From Symbiobacteriaceae bacterium (GTDB taxonomy: Bacteria > Bacillota > Sulfobacillia > Symbiobacteriales > Symbiobacteriaceae), in NCBI GenBank assembly GCA_035298385.1, contig DATGYC010000244.1:1751-65750 (forward strand): DNA of 64,000 nt, written 5' to 3'. Under the pieces are notes generated by a model. That model saw only the letters and a list, made by a program, of their open reading frames with translations, was not told the origin of the DNA and searched no databases. Positions 24,048 through 34,446 of this stretch are shown here, piece by piece. Position 1 is the first letter of the stretch. Every line of letters starts with the position of its first letter. A program made the translations under genes and the position numbers.

Positions 24048-25444
24048 CGCACACCCTGCGGGGTATCCTCCAGGATGATCCCCAAGCCGGCCAGTTGGTC
24101 GCGGACCCGATCAGACTCCGCCCAGTTCTTGGCCTTGCGGGCCGCCTGGCGGGCATCAACCAGCGCCTGGATCTCCGTCTCCAGGTCAACCTCTGCAGCC
24201 CGATCCAGAATGCCCAGGACACCACCCAACTCAACCAGGAGGGCCGCTGCGGCCTCTACCAGCGTCTTGGAGGCGCCCGGGCCAACCTTCGTGTTGATCT
24301 CCTTCGCCAGGTCGAAGAGGACCGCCGTGCCAAGGGCCGTATTGAAATCGTCGTCCATCGCCTCGATGAACCGGTTGCGATACCCAGTCAGATCGGCCAG
24401 GACAGCCTCCTCTTCCGTAGCCAGTTCCACGATCGAGGCGGTCTTGGCGAGGTGTGCGAGATTCGCCTTGGCGTTGTAGAGACGCTCTAGCGCGGCCTTC
24501 GTCCCCTCGACCAGATCGCGCCTGAAGTCGAGCTGCGTCCGGTAGTGAGCCGAGATTAGATAGAGGCGGACGACCTCCCCATCGAACTGCTGGGTGATAT
24601 CGTTGACGGTGAAGAAGTTGCCCAGTGACTTGGACATCTTCTCACCCTCGATATTCAGGAAGCCGTTGTGAACCCAGTAGTTGGCGAAGGGATGGCCGGT
24701 GCAAGCCTCCGACTGGGCGATCTCATTCTCGTGGTGCGGGAAGGTCAGGTCCTCGCCGCCCGAGTGGATATCGATGGTGTCGCCCAAGTACTTGCGGGCC
24801 ATGGCTGAGCACTCGATATGCCAACCAGGGCGCCCGGCGCCCCAGGGCGCCTCCCAAGCCGGCTCGCCGGGCTTCTGCCCCTTCCAGAGGGCGAAGTCGA
24901 ACGGGTGCTCCTTCCGGTCGTCCGGATCCACGCGCTCGGAGGCGCCGGCGATCAGATCGTCCAGGTTCTTGTGGGAGAGCTTGCCGTAGTCCGCCTTCTT
25001 GGCGACCCGGAAGTAGACGTCGCCACCCTCAACGGCGTAGGCGTAGCCCTTCTCGATCAACTCCTGAATCATAGCGACCTGCTCTTCGATTAGCTCGGTC
25101 GCCCGCGGATGGACATCCGCCTTGCGGATCTTCAGCTTGGCTGCCTGGTCAAAGTAGATAGCGATCATCTCATCGGCCAGTTGCTTGACCGTGATCCCGC
25201 GGTCGTTCGCCCGCTTGATCATCCGGTCATCAATGTCCGTGAAGTTCTGCACAAACGTCACCTGGTAGCCGCGGTACTCGAGGTACCGACGGATGGTGTC
25301 CGCCACGACAAAGTTGCGCCCATTGCCAATGTGGAAGTAGTCATAGACGGTCGGGCCGCAATTGTAGTAGCGGACCTTCCCTTCCTCAATCGGCACGAAC
25401 GCTTCCTTCTGCTTGGTAAGGTCATTAAAGATCCGAATGGACAC
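24032..25444 (-). CDS. cysS: Cysteine--tRNA ligase
   Basis: 470 aa. HIGN (class I HIGH variant), KMSKS, GWHIECS zinc site. Confidence 0.96.
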   Translation of the reverse strand: MSIRIFNDLTKQKEAFVPIEEGKVRYYNCGPTVYDYFHIGNGRNFVVADTIRRYLEYRGYQVTFVQNFTDIDDRMIKRANDRGITVKQLADEMIAIYFDQAAKLKIRKADVHPRATELIEEQVAMIQELIEKGYAYAVEGGDVYFRVAKKADYGKLSHKNLDDLIAGASERVDPDDRKEHPFDFALWKGQKPGEPAWEAPWGAGRPGWHIECSAMARKYLGDTIDIHSGGEDLTFPHHENEIAQSEACTGHPFANYWVHNGFLNIEGEKMSKSLGNFFTVNDITQQFDGEVVRLYLISAHYRTQLDFRRDLVEGTKAALERLYNAKANLAHLAKTASIVELATEEEAVLADLTGYRNRFIEAMDDDFNTALGTAVLFDLAKEINTKVGPGASKTLVEAAAALLVELGGVLGILDRAAEVDLETEIQALVDARQAARKAKNWAESDRVRDQLAGLGIILEDTPQGVRWKRK

Positions 25445-26117
25445 GTGATTTGCCCTCCTGAAGTAGCTGACGTAGCATATGGTTCTCGTTCTCCAGCGAC
25501 TCTACCCGATTCCCCAGTCGCTGAAGCTCGGACTGGAGCCCCTCCAAGGCGTTGGCGATCGGGTCTGGCATGTGCACGTGGTCGAGCGGATCGACCTTGC
25601 GGCCAGCCTGCCTTACAATGCGGCCAGGGTTGCCCACCACGGTACAGTCGGGCGGAATCTGCCGCAGAACGACCGCACCGGCGCCAATCCGACTGTTCTC
25701 GCCCACTGAAAAGGAGCCAAGGACGCGGGCGCCATTGCCCACGACGACGTTGTCGCCCAGGGTAGGATGGCGCTTCCCCTTCTCATGTCCCGTACCGCCC
25801 AGGGTGACCCCCTGATAGATCGTCACATTGTTGCCGATCTCGGTCGTCTCACCGATCACAACACCCGAGCCATGGTCGATGAAGAAGCCCTCCCCGATCG
25901 TCGCACCCGGGTGGATCTCAATCTGGGTGAAGAAGCGGGCGACTTGAGAGAGGACGCGAGCCAGCAGCTTCCAGTTCTTAACCCAGAGCCAGTGGGCAAC
26001 CCGGTGGACCAGGATCGCCTTGAGGCCCGGGTAACAGAGGAGCACCTCAAGCCATGTGCGGGCCGCCGGGTCGCGCTCGAAAACGACTTCAATCTCACGC
26101 TTCAGGCGCTTCAACAT
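25425..26117 (-). CDS. cysE: Serine O-acetyltransferase
   Basis: [21 protein letters not shown]..., hexapeptide repeats ([21 protein letters not shown]). ATG at 26117 with a GGGGGGAG RBS; the tracked ORF is extended into the T-box terminator. Carries an extra ~50-aa helical C-terminal tail. Confidence 0.9.
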   Translation of the reverse strand: MLKRLKREIEVVFERDPAARTWLEVLLCYPGLKAILVHRVAHWLWVKNWKLLARVLSQVARFFTQIEIHPGATIGEGFFIDHGSGVVIGETTEIGNNVTIYQGVTLGGTGHEKGKRHPTLGDNVVVGNGARVLGSFSVGENSRIGAGAVVLRQIPPDCTVVGNPGRIVRQAGRKVDPLDHVHMPDPIANALEGLQSELQRLGNRVESLENENHMLRQLLQEGKSRVHSDL

Positions 26118-26137
26118 CTGTGCTCCCCCCAATCTGC

Positions 26138-26402
26138 AAAATAAAAAAGCCGCCCCTGACATCTGGTCAGAGGCGGCGAAGCCGCGGTCCCACTCTGCTT
26201 AGACGACGTCATACAGACGTCATCTCTCATAACCCGGTAACGGGGGTGAACCGTAAACGCCTAGCGGCCGAGGGCCGTTCGGGCTTAAGCTCCCGGGTGC
26301 AACTTCCCTGTCTGGCTCCGGTTCCCGCTTGCAGCCAGGGCGGGAACTCTCTGGGCGGTCAGATGACAGGTACTTCTCCCGATCATAGCCTTGCCAATCT
26401 TA
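26138..26402 (-). promoter_or_regulatory. T-box leader (Cys specifier) controlling cysE-cysS
   Basis: Minus strand carries the T-box sequence AGAGTGGGACCGCGG (26177-26195 region), overlapping terminator stem GCCGCCTCTGAC / GTCAGGGGCGGC plus a T-run (26138-26176). A specifier-like GAAGT-UGC-A sits around 26299-26301. Same position as in B. subtilis cysES. Confidence 0.8.
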
Positions 26403-26408
26403 CACCAG

Positions 26409-26438
26409 ATTATATGGTGCGACCGTCAAAAGTGTCAA
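26409..26438 (-). promoter_or_regulatory. Candidate promoter of the cysES T-box leader
   Basis: Minus strand reads TTGACA (26433-26438), 18-nt spacer, TATAAT (26409-14). The -35 overlaps the ispF stop codon. Confidence 0.55.
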
Positions 26439-26914
26439 GAAATGGCGGGCTCCAACAGGGCGACGGCGTGGGCTGCCATCCCTTCTTCCCTGCCAACGAA
26501 ACCGAGACCCTCATTGGTCGTGGCCTTGATGCCGATTCGGCGCGGTTCAATTCCGAGCGCCTCGCCAAGCTTCGCCCGCATCGCCTCCACGTGGGGATTG
26601 ATCTTGGGCCGCTCGGCCAGCAATGTCATGTCCACGTTGACCGGGCGCCAGCCCTCCTCTTTTAGCAGGGCGACGACCTTGGTCAGGAGTTGGACCGAGT
26701 CGGCCCCCTTGAAGGCCGGGTCCGAGGGCGGGAAGTAGTAGCCGATGTCCCGGAGGCCAGCGGCTCCCAGGAGGGCGTCCATCAGGGCGTGGACCAGGAC
26801 GTCGGCGTCTGAATGGCCATCTAGGCCCATCGTATGGGAAATCGTCACACCGCCCAGCACGAGGGGGCGCCCCTCGACCAAGCGATGCACGTCGTAGCCA
26901 AGACCAACTCTCAC
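26435..26914 (-). CDS. ispF: 2-C-methyl-D-erythritol 2,4-cyclodiphosphate synthase
   Basis: 159 aa. [36 protein letters not shown] motifs. GTGA overlap with the ispD stop. Confidence 0.95.
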   Translation of the reverse strand: MRVGLGYDVHRLVEGRPLVLGGVTISHTMGLDGHSDADVLVHALMDALLGAAGLRDIGYYFPPSDPAFKGADSVQLLTKVVALLKEEGWRPVNVDMTLLAERPKINPHVEAMRAKLGEALGIEPRRIGIKATTNEGLGFVGREEGMAAHAVALLEPAIS

Positions 26915-27621
26915 CGGTCTGCCTCCTGTCCTTGGAGAATCGCCTCCGCCAGGAGCAGATCCTCAGGGGTTGTTAGCTTTAGATTGGTGGGGTTCCCGGG
27001 GTAGATGCGGACGGGCGCCCCGGTGCGCTCGACCAGGGAGGCACAGTCCGTCCCGCGGAACCCCTCTGCCTGGGCCTGCGTAAAGGCAGCCACCAGGGTC
27101 TCCACCCAGAAGACCTGTGGGGTCTGAACGGACCAGAGCGACGCCCGATCCGGCGTTGTCTGAACCAAGCCGTCGGGCCCGGCGACCTTGATCGTGTCCT
27201 TGACCGGGACTGCCACCACTTGCGCCGGATGTTCAGCCGCCGCCTGGAGGAGACCGTGAAGCGTCTCCAGCGACAACAGCGGCCGAGCGGCATCATGCAC
27301 GCAGATCAGGCGCGGGCGGGAATGGACTGCCTGTAGGCCCGCCCAGACCGAGTCCTGCCGTTCCGCTCCGCCCTGAACAATCCGGGTCACCTTCGGCAGA
27401 TGCCCGACAATCTCCGCCGTCGCAGCCACATCACTAGCAGCCAGGACGATCTCATCCACGAGCGGTGAGTCACTGAAGAGCCGGACCGTCCGGAGCAGAA
27501 CGGGCTCACCGAGGAGAGGGAGGAACTGCTTCGCAGTTCCTCCCCCCATCCGCTTGCCGCTACCAGCAGCCGGGATAATCACAGAGACGGGGATCTGCAA
27601 GCCCTTGATCTGAATGCTCAC
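26911..27621 (-). CDS. ispD: 2-C-methyl-D-erythritol 4-phosphate cytidylyltransferase
   Basis: 236 aa. [13 protein letters not shown] glycine-rich loop, VHDAARP, VQTPQVF motifs. Confidence 0.93.
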   Translation of the reverse strand: MSIQIKGLQIPVSVIIPAAGSGKRMGGGTAKQFLPLLGEPVLLRTVRLFSDSPLVDEIVLAASDVAATAEIVGHLPKVTRIVQGGAERQDSVWAGLQAVHSRPRLICVHDAARPLLSLETLHGLLQAAAEHPAQVVAVPVKDTIKVAGPDGLVQTTPDRASLWSVQTPQVFWVETLVAAFTQAQAEGFRGTDCASLVERTGAPVRIYPGNPTNLKLTTPEDLLLAEAILQGQEADR

Positions 27622-28730
27622 GGCGCCACCTTCTCTGTCGCAACCCTGGGCTTAGCGAAGATCATCCGACCGGCCGCCGTCTGGAGAACGGACGTAACGA
27701 CCACACCGATCGTCTCGCCAAGGAAGCGCTTGCCACCGTCGACGACGATCATGGTACCGTCATCCAGGTAGCCGACCCCCTGGCCGATCTCCTTGCCCTC
27801 CTTGATCACCTGTACGGTCATCTCCTCACCAGGCAGGACAGCCGGCTTGACGGAGTTGGCTAGCTCGTTGATGTTTAGCACCGGAACACCCTGAAACTCT
27901 GCTACCTTGTTCAGGTTGTAATCGTTGGTGACCACCTTGCCGCCCATCCGCTTGGCGACCTTCAGTAGCTGGGTGTCGACCTCCATACCCTCACTGACCC
28001 GCTCTTCGTGGATGCGGACCTCGATCTCTGGATCCTTCTGAATGGCGTTCAAAATGTCCAGTCCGCGCCGGCCACGGTTGCGCCGAAGCAGGTCTGCCGA
28101 ATCCGAGATATGGCGAAGCTCATCCAGCACGAAGGAAGGCACAATGATCGGCCCCTCAAGGAAGCCCGTCTCCAGGATCTCCTTGATCCGCCCGTCAATA
28201 ATGACGGAGGTGTCTAGTACCTTTGGCGAGCCCTTTGCCCCGAACGATGAGAGAACATCCTCGCGGGCGCCCCCCTCAACCTTGTTGCCCCGCTGAGCCA
28301 ACGAGGCAAGCCAATGCGCGGCCTCCTCCCGTTTGAAGGTCGCTACGGCAAGGCCAAGGTAGCCACTCACCACAGCGGTCAGAATGGAGAGCATCTGGCC
28401 GACCACAGGGATCTCGTTCAGCACCAAGCTCACCAATGCGGCAATGAGAAGGCCTGCGATAAGTCCTACCACACCAAAAATGATATCGATGAATGCAGTC
28501 CGGCGCAGGCGACCCTCTGCCCAGGTCACCAACGGATAAATAAAGAAACCGAGCAACCCACCCAGAGCAGCTCCCACCACTAACACGACCACGGTTAACC
28601 AGAGAGAGCGCTCTAAGCCAAGTCCACCAGCCACAAACCGGGTTATGGCTGCCAGAACAATGGACGTCAGTGAAAGTCCGCCCAGGCTACCTGCCACCGT
28701 CAGGATCGCTCGCAAATTACGCCGCAACAT
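27618..28730 (-). CDS. yacL: PIN/TRAM-domain membrane protein (YacL-like)
   Basis: 370 aa. Four N-terminal TM helices, a PIN region (VLDTSVIIDGRI) and a C-terminal TRAM-like beta domain. Syntenic before ispD. Confidence 0.85.
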   Translation of the reverse strand: MLRRNLRAILTVAGSLGGLSLTSIVLAAITRFVAGGLGLERSLWLTVVVLVVGAALGGLLGFFIYPLVTWAEGRLRRTAFIDIIFGVVGLIAGLLIAALVSLVLNEIPVVGQMLSILTAVVSGYLGLAVATFKREEAAHWLASLAQRGNKVEGGAREDVLSSFGAKGSPKVLDTSVIIDGRIKEILETGFLEGPIIVPSFVLDELRHISDSADLLRRNRGRRGLDILNAIQKDPEIEVRIHEERVSEGMEVDTQLLKVAKRMGGKVVTNDYNLNKVAEFQGVPVLNINELANSVKPAVLPGEEMTVQVIKEGKEIGQGVGYLDDGTMIVVDGGKRFLGETIGVVVTSVLQTAAGRMIFAKPRVATEKVAP

Positions 28731-28872
28731 CGCGTCACCTCCGAAACTCAGACTTCTTACTAGGATGCGGCACTCTCTTCCGCTACTTCCGTGGATCCCT
28801 ATCTATTATGACGGTCCAGATGGCGGAAAAGGTTCTAACCGAGACGAAAACGGCGCCGGCAAAGCCAGCGCC

Positions 28873-29352
28873 TCAGTTAGCCAGGACCTCGTCAAGTAGG
28901 TGGTTGGCTGCCTTCAGATCCAAGTCACGCGCCAGGATGATCTCTGAGAGGAGGATTTGCCGCGCGTTCTCCAACATCTTTCGTTCGCCGCCCGAGAGCC
29001 CACGTTCCCGATGCCAGTGCGAGAGATTGCGCACGACCTCTGCCAATTCGAGTATGTTGCCGCTCCGGATCTTCTCCATGTTCGCCCGATAGCGCAGGTT
29101 CCAGTTCTTCTCCATGGCACACCGATGGGCTTGAAGAACCTCCATCACCTTTAGCAACATAGGCTCGGAGATTACCTTGCGAAGCCCCGTCTGTTCCAGG
29201 TTGTCACAGGGGACCATCACCTGCATCTCGGTGACTGGCAACCGCATAATGAAGTAGCGTTTGGTCTGCCCAAAGACCTCTCGCTCTTCAATGGCCTCAA
29301 TCACGCCAGCACCATGCATGGGGTAGACCACCTTGTCTCCCACCTCAAACAT
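28873..29352 (-). CDS. carD: CarD/CdnL-family transcription regulator
   Basis: 159 aa. MFEVGDKVVYPMHGAGVIEAIEEREV... is the CarD_TRCF RNAP-interaction domain pattern. Confidence 0.88.
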   Translation of the reverse strand: MFEVGDKVVYPMHGAGVIEAIEEREVFGQTKRYFIMRLPVTEMQVMVPCDNLEQTGLRKVISEPMLLKVMEVLQAHRCAMEKNWNLRYRANMEKIRSGNILELAEVVRNLSHWHRERGLSGGERKMLENARQILLSEIILARDLDLKAANHLLDEVLAN

Positions 29353-29618
29353 GGGTTCCCACCTCCAGTCGGCAACCGACGCCTCCCCTGGGGGGGCGGT
29401 TCAACCCTACCGTACCACTTGGGTGACTAATTGTCAAGAAACTCGGAATTTAACTACATAACGAGTTAACACTTATTGCGCTTCCTCGACGCTAAATCCG
29501 GTCTACGAAACTAAATATTCTACGCAACTGTACATGGCTGGTCAACGGCTTGACGTGTGGCGTCAACAACCTTATGATTCTAAGAAACTGCGGCACAAAC
29601 CAGGATGCTCCCCCCGAT

Positions 29619-29647
29619 TTGTCCCGTCAGAGACTCTCTGTTAGAAT
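29619..29647 (+). promoter_or_regulatory. Candidate extended -10 promoter for the 29736 gene
   Basis: TTGTCC (29619-24), 17-nt spacer, TGtTAGAAT (29639-47), about 85 nt before the ATG. Confidence 0.45.
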
Positions 29648-29735
29648 GGGGTATGACAGGTTCACGAAAGAGCCTGACCTCATTTCAATCGTGCGTTCTC
29701 GTCACTGACCGTGGTACGGAAGGGTGGGAAGGTCG

Positions 29736-30131
29736 ATGAAGGATCTGCTGTGTGATCAATTTCAAGAGACCGTAGGGGAAACACTAATTCGCCATCGCTC
29801 TGTGCTGGACGTCATGGCCAAGGTGCAGGAGACGACGGCTCGGACGAACCGGGCAGTCACGAAGGCGGTCACTACTTGCGGGTGTGTTCGCATTACGGCG
29901 GAGAAGCAACTGTTCCCTGTAGATGCCTCGCTCGAAGAGGCCCGAGAGATGCTGACACACCATGTTCAGGGTGCGCTCTGTGAGCAGTGCCGTGAGATTG
30001 TGGAGCAGGAGATTGGGCATTCGCTCTTCTACATGGCGGCGCTCTGCAACATCTTTGATCTCAGCTTGTACGACATTCTGCTGAAAGAGCAGAAGCGGAT
30101 CTCCACGCTGGGGATCTTCACCATCGGTTAG
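29736..30131 (+). CDS. Hypothetical Cys-containing protein, 131 aa
   Basis: ATG at 29736 after a purine-rich GGAAGGGTGGGAAGG. CGC...CEQC cysteines. The C-terminal EIGHSLFYMAALCNIFDLSLYDILLKE loosely recalls MazG-type NTP-pyrophosphohydrolase helices (weak). Own terminator. Confidence 0.55.
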   Translation: MKDLLCDQFQETVGETLIRHRSVLDVMAKVQETTARTNRAVTKAVTTCGCVRITAEKQLFPVDASLEEAREMLTHHVQGALCEQCREIVEQEIGHSLFYMAALCNIFDLSLYDILLKEQKRISTLGIFTIG

Positions 30132-30141
30132 GAAGAAGCAT

Positions 30142-30177
30142 ACGGGACGGCCAGTGATGGCCGTCCCGTTATTTTTT
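30142..30177 (+). terminator. Rho-independent terminator (also faces the disA end)
   Basis: 11-bp stem ACGGGACGGCC / GGCCGTCCCGT followed by TATTTTTT. Confidence 0.75.
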
Positions 30178-30187
30178 GTTAGCTTTC

Positions 30188-31255
30188 TTACATGTGACGC
30201 TCCAGCATCACCTGCTCCCGCAAGCGGCGGAGTCCTTCCTTGATGGCACGGGCTCGGACCTCACCGATGCCATCGACCTCATCCAATTGCTCGATGTTAG
30301 CACGCAGGATATTCGGCAGGGCGCCAAATTGGGTGACCAGGTTCTCCACCACCGGCACCGGCAGGCGTGGAATCTTGCGCAGAATCCGGTAGCCACGCGG
30401 CGAAACCGGGGTCTCCAGAACCCCGGGGGCTGCGCCATACCCGAGCATGCGCGTGATGGTGGTCAGGTCGACCAAGTCCTCGTTCAGCCAATTGGCCATC
30501 TGCTCCCGGACCATCTCCGCTGTTCGACCTTCGCCCAACTGCATGTAATCCCGAATGATCAGGCCGCCCTCTTCAGCCACGTTGGTGACCAACTCCTCCA
30601 ACTGCATGGAGACAAGGCGACCCTCATTGCCGAGTTCTGAGATGTAGCGCTCAATCTCTGCGACAATGCGCAAGACCATCTCTGTCCGCTGCACGACCAG
30701 AGCGACGTCCATCACGGTGCCGAGGTCCTCAAGCTCTAATGCAGACAGGTTGTTCAGCGCTTGGTCCAGGACCGCCTTATACCGCTCCAGGGTCTGCAGC
30801 GCCTGGTTGGCCTTGGTGAGAATCACCGAGACGTCACGCAGGACATACCGCATCGGCCCCTTGTAAAGGGAGATGACGTTCCGTCGCTGCGAGATGGCAA
30901 TGACCAGCTCCCCGGTCTGCTTGGCCACACGCTCTGCTGTCCGGTGTCGAATGCCCGTCTCCACAGACGAAATCGTGTTCTCCGGCAAGAGGGTGGCGTT
31001 GGCGTACAGAATGCGCTTGGCATCCGGGGTCAAGATCAGGGCACCGTCCATCTTGGCCAGTTCGTAGAGCGAGGCCGGCAAGAACTCCGTGTCAATCTTG
31101 AACCCACCGTCAACGAGTTGCATCACCTGCGAGGAGTTGGAGAGTACGATCAGGGCGCCCGTCCGGGCCCGCAGGATCGACTCCAGCCCCTCCCGCAGGG
31201 GCATACCTGGGGCGACCTGCCTCAGGACCTTCCAGAATTGCTCCCGTTCGTCCAT
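30188..31255 (-). CDS. disA: DNA integrity scanning protein DisA (diadenylate cyclase)
   Basis: 355 aa. DAC-domain motifs DGALIL and GIRHRTAERVAKQTG, plus a C-terminal HhH (IPRLPVPVVENLVTQFG). Confidence 0.93.
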   Translation of the reverse strand: MDEREQFWKVLRQVAPGMPLREGLESILRARTGALIVLSNSSQVMQLVDGGFKIDTEFLPASLYELAKMDGALILTPDAKRILYANATLLPENTISSVETGIRHRTAERVAKQTGELVIAISQRRNVISLYKGPMRYVLRDVSVILTKANQALQTLERYKAVLDQALNNLSALELEDLGTVMDVALVVQRTEMVLRIVAEIERYISELGNEGRLVSMQLEELVTNVAEEGGLIIRDYMQLGEGRTAEMVREQMANWLNEDLVDLTTITRMLGYGAAPGVLETPVSPRGYRILRKIPRLPVPVVENLVTQFGALPNILRANIEQLDEVDGIGEVRARAIKEGLRRLREQVMLERHM

Positions 31256-31357
31256 CCCTTCACCTCCTTCTTAGGCAACGTTTTCGTTTCCCATTTTACG
31301 GGTGCGGACGCGGGGACGCAAGAAATCCCCCATCAGTCCGAACCTTGCTGAACCTTG

Positions 31358-32737
31358 TTAGAAGAAGTCGAGGGCGGAGCCCAGCGCTTCCATCACCGTC
31401 TCAACCCCGACTACTTGCAGGTCAGTCTTGAACGAGATCCCGCGCAGATTAGCCTGCGGCAGGATCGCCCGCTTAAAGCCCATCTTCTCGGCCTCTCGCA
31501 CCCGCTGCTCAACGTTGGAGACCGCCCGCACCTCACCGGCCAGTCCGACTTCACCAAAGGCGACGGCTGTCGGATCGGCCCGAACATCCCGGAAGGACGA
31601 GGCTAGGGCGATCGCCAGACCCAGGTCGACGGCGGGCTCGTCTACAGCAATCCCGCCCGCTACCTTGACATAGGCATCATGGTTGCCTAGGAGGAGCCCT
31701 ACCCGCTTCTCTAGCACCGCCAGGACCAATTGAACCCGCTTGAGGTCGATTCCGTCCGCAGTCCGCCGAGGGGTGCCAAAGATGGTCGAGGAGACGAGTG
31801 CCTGAACCTCGACCAGGACCGGACGCGTTCCCTCTACCGTCGGCACGACGATCGAGCCGGCCACGTCGACGGGCCGCTCCGCCAAGAAGAGGGCTGAAGC
31901 GTCCGGGACATCAACCAGGCCAGACTCTCGCATCTCGAAGAGGCCCATCTCGTTGGTGGAGCCAAAGCGGTTCTTGACCGCCCGCAAGACGCGGAACTGG
32001 GCATGACGGTCGCCCTCAAAGTAGAGCACCGTATCGACGATGTGTTCAAGAACCCGGGGACCGGCCAGGGCGCCCTCCTTCGTCACATGACCTACGAGGA
32101 ATGTCGGCACTCCTTCGCCCTTGGCCAGACGCAAAAGTTGGGCCGAACACTCGCGGACCTGGCTGACCGAACCCGGCGCGGACTGGATCTCCGGCCGGTA
32201 GACCGTCTGGATCGAGTCCACGATCAAGAGGGCAGGGCGAAGTTGCCGGGCGTGCTCCTCAATCAGGTCCAGGTTCGTCTCTGCTAGCACGTAGAGCCGC
32301 TCACCGCCCACACCCAACCGATCCGCCCGCAGCTTCAACTGCCGAGCTGACTCCTCGCCCGAGACGTAGAGGACCGCCCCCTGTCCCACCGCTACCTGGC
32401 TAGCGAGTTGGAGAAGGATCGTCGACTTGCCAATGCCCGGATCACCGCCCACGAGGACAAGGGACCCAGGCACGATTCCGCCACCCAGCACCCGGTCCAT
32501 CTCGCCGGAGCCGGAGGCGAACCGTGGGGCATCCGCTACCTGCACCTCGCTAATAATGACCGGCTTCTCACCCATGGAGAGCCCCGGCGAGATTCCCACC
32601 CGGCCTGCCGGTTCCGCTCGTAGCGTCTCCTCCACCATGGAGTTCCACTCACCGCAGCCAGGGCAACGCCCCTGCCACTTGGGTGCGTCGAAGCCACAGT
32701 TCTGACAGACGTAGACCGTCTTCTTCTTCGTGCTCAT
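31358..32737 (-). CDS. radA: DNA repair protein RadA/Sms
   Basis: 459 aa. Zinc finger CQNCGFDAPKWQGRCPGCGEWNS, Walker A GDPGIGKST, KNRFG motif, Lon-like C-domain. Confidence 0.96.
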   Translation of the reverse strand: MSTKKKTVYVCQNCGFDAPKWQGRCPGCGEWNSMVEETLRAEPAGRVGISPGLSMGEKPVIISEVQVADAPRFASGSGEMDRVLGGGIVPGSLVLVGGDPGIGKSTILLQLASQVAVGQGAVLYVSGEESARQLKLRADRLGVGGERLYVLAETNLDLIEEHARQLRPALLIVDSIQTVYRPEIQSAPGSVSQVRECSAQLLRLAKGEGVPTFLVGHVTKEGALAGPRVLEHIVDTVLYFEGDRHAQFRVLRAVKNRFGSTNEMGLFEMRESGLVDVPDASALFLAERPVDVAGSIVVPTVEGTRPVLVEVQALVSSTIFGTPRRTADGIDLKRVQLVLAVLEKRVGLLLGNHDAYVKVAGGIAVDEPAVDLGLAIALASSFRDVRADPTAVAFGEVGLAGEVRAVSNVEQRVREAEKMGFKRAILPQANLRGISFKTDLQVVGVETVMEALGSALDFF

Positions 32738-32874
32738 CCGATTCGATCACCTGTGCCTTCTTTACATGGCCTGCTTTAGAAGTCGCCCTGTAGGGAAGGT
32801 TCCCCTCACAGCTTCCCCACACCTGTCCAAAGGAGACCCGTAGCCTCTTCAAGATCTAGCTCTACCCATCATAG

Positions 32875-32906
32875 CGAAAAGGCCCAGTGCTCTAGAGCAC
32901 TGGGCC
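32875..32906 (-). terminator. Terminator after the RRM gene
   Basis: Perfect 26-nt palindrome GGCCCAGTGCTCTAGAGCACTGGGCC followed by TTTTC on the minus strand. Confidence 0.65.
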
Positions 32907-32924
32907 TCGTCAAATCAGCGTCGA

Positions 32925-33257
32925 TTAGAAGCGACGGCCGCCGCCGCCACCGCCACCGCCACGGTTGCCACCGAAGCCGCCACGGCCACCGCCGCCGCCA
33001 GCCGGACGATCCTCACGGGGCTTAGCCTCGTTGACGGTCAGGGCACGGCCGCCCCACTCAGCGCCGTTCAGGGCGTTGATGACCTCTTCAGCCTTGTCGG
33101 CCGGAACCTCGACGAAACCGAAGCCACGGGAGCGACCGGTCTCACGGTCGGTCGCAACCCGAGCGGAGATAACCTCCGCGTACGGGGTGACGGCGGACTC
33201 GAGATCCTGGTTGGTCACGGTCCAGGGCAGGTTGCCGAAGTAGAGATTCTTGGTCAT
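32925..33257 (-). CDS. RRM-type RNA-binding protein with a Gly/Arg-rich tail
   Basis: MTKNLYFGNLPWTV (RNP2), RGFGFVEV (RNP1), C-terminal GGGGRGGFGGNRGGGGGGGGRRF. ATG at 33257 with an AAGGAGC RBS. Confidence 0.85.
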   Translation of the reverse strand: MTKNLYFGNLPWTVTNQDLESAVTPYAEVISARVATDRETGRSRGFGFVEVPADKAEEVINALNGAEWGGRALTVNEAKPREDRPAGGGGGRGGFGGNRGGGGGGGGRRF

Positions 33258-33513
33258 GTTCTTCGTGCTCCTTCTCACCAATTACTATCGTGTTCCAGTG
33301 CACGAAGACAGCTTCTCTGCAAAGCCAACCCGCTCCCGGACGAACGATGGTTTCATTATACCGCAGCGCGGGAGTGACTGTAAACCCGCCGGGTATAGGA
33401 CAAGTATGCCCTCCTGTCAAGCCCCTTTATACAGTATCTCGCAAATTTCGTGCAGGAAAATATCAGGATTACGGGAATACTGACCGAGAGAGTTCCCTCA
33501 GGAGGTCGTTTTC

Positions 33514-33810
33514 ATGCCCCAGACCAGTCGCCGCACCCTCACCCCGGCTACCCTAGCCCTGATTCTGACAGCCCTGCCCTTCCTGACCGCCTCGGCCATG
33601 TTGGCCCTTTCCACGGGTCTGCGCTGGAGCGGCCTGCTCCTCACCTTCGTGCAGTTTACTGGCCCTTTCATGTTCATCCTGTTCATTCTGGGCTCTGGTG
33701 CTTTGCTTTACGCTACCACCCGGACAGAGCGACTGACCGACTGGCGGTTGATCCTCTCCGCCCTCTGCCTAGCTGGGGCGCTCGTGAACTTTACGCTCTA
33801 CTCGAGGTGA
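33514..33810 (+). CDS. Hypothetical membrane protein, 98 aa
   Basis: 3 hydrophobic helices. AGGAGG RBS 8 nt before the ATG. Confidence 0.55.
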   Translation: MPQTSRRTLTPATLALILTALPFLTASAMLALSTGLRWSGLLLTFVQFTGPFMFILFILGSGALLYATTRTERLTDWRLILSALCLAGALVNFTLYSR

Positions 33811-33817
33811 TGCTGGT

Positions 33818-34390
33818 ATGACCGAACGGGAGAAGATGGTGACGGGCGAACTCTACAACGCGATGGACCCTGAGCTCGTGACCATGCGTGAACGGGTTCG
33901 CCATCTCTTTGTCGAGTTCAACCAGACCGGACCGGACCATGAACGCCGGGCTGCCCTGGTACGACAGATCTTTGATCGCTCTGAGCATGTCCCGTATATG
34001 GAGCCGCCCTTCTTCTGCGATTACGGCACGAACATCAGGTTCGGCAAGGGTTGCTTCCTCAACTTTGACTGCGTCATCCTGGACGTCGCGCCGGTTGAGA
34101 TTGGCGATAACTTCATGGCGGCCACGAAGGTCCAACTGATCACAGCGACTCACCCGCTGGATGCTACCAAACGCACCTCTGGCCTCGAGTATGGCAAGCC
34201 AATCAAGATTGGTGACAACTGCTGGTTAGGCGCCGGAGCGATCGTTCTGCCGGGCGTGACGATCGGAAACAACGTGGTCGTGGGCGCCGGGTCTGTCGTG
34301 ACCAAGAATCTGCCGGACAATGTCGTCGTGGCGGGGAACCCAGCCCGGATCATCCGCGAGTTGGGTGATGGCGGTAGCCATCCCTTGTAA
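33818..34390 (+). CDS. maa: Maltose/galactoside O-acetyltransferase family (hexapeptide repeat)
   Basis: 190 aa. N-terminal MTEREKMVTGELYNAMDPELV...R matches the Maa/LacA N-domain. Left-handed beta-helix repeats (IGDNCWLGAGAIVLPGVTIGNNVVVGAGSVV). Confidence 0.85.
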   Translation: MTEREKMVTGELYNAMDPELVTMRERVRHLFVEFNQTGPDHERRAALVRQIFDRSEHVPYMEPPFFCDYGTNIRFGKGCFLNFDCVILDVAPVEIGDNFMAATKVQLITATHPLDATKRTSGLEYGKPIKIGDNCWLGAGAIVLPGVTIGNNVVVGAGSVVTKNLPDNVVVAGNPARIIRELGDGGSHPL

Positions 34391-34414
34391 TCGCTCGTCT
34401 AGCCGTTAAAAGGA

Positions 34415-34446
34415 GGAGCCACCCAAACCGGGTGGCTCCTTTCGCT
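34415..34446. terminator. Bidirectional terminator between maa and clpC
   Basis: Stem GGAGCCACCC / GGGTGGCTCC with A/T runs on both sides. Confidence 0.7.

Noticed and set aside
24625-25074. 149-aa Arg/Pro/Ser-rich ORF and neighbouring plus-strand ORFs over cysS
   Set aside because: They are antisense to cysS (HIGN and KMSKS present) with an extreme R/P/S composition typical of off-frame high-GC sequence.
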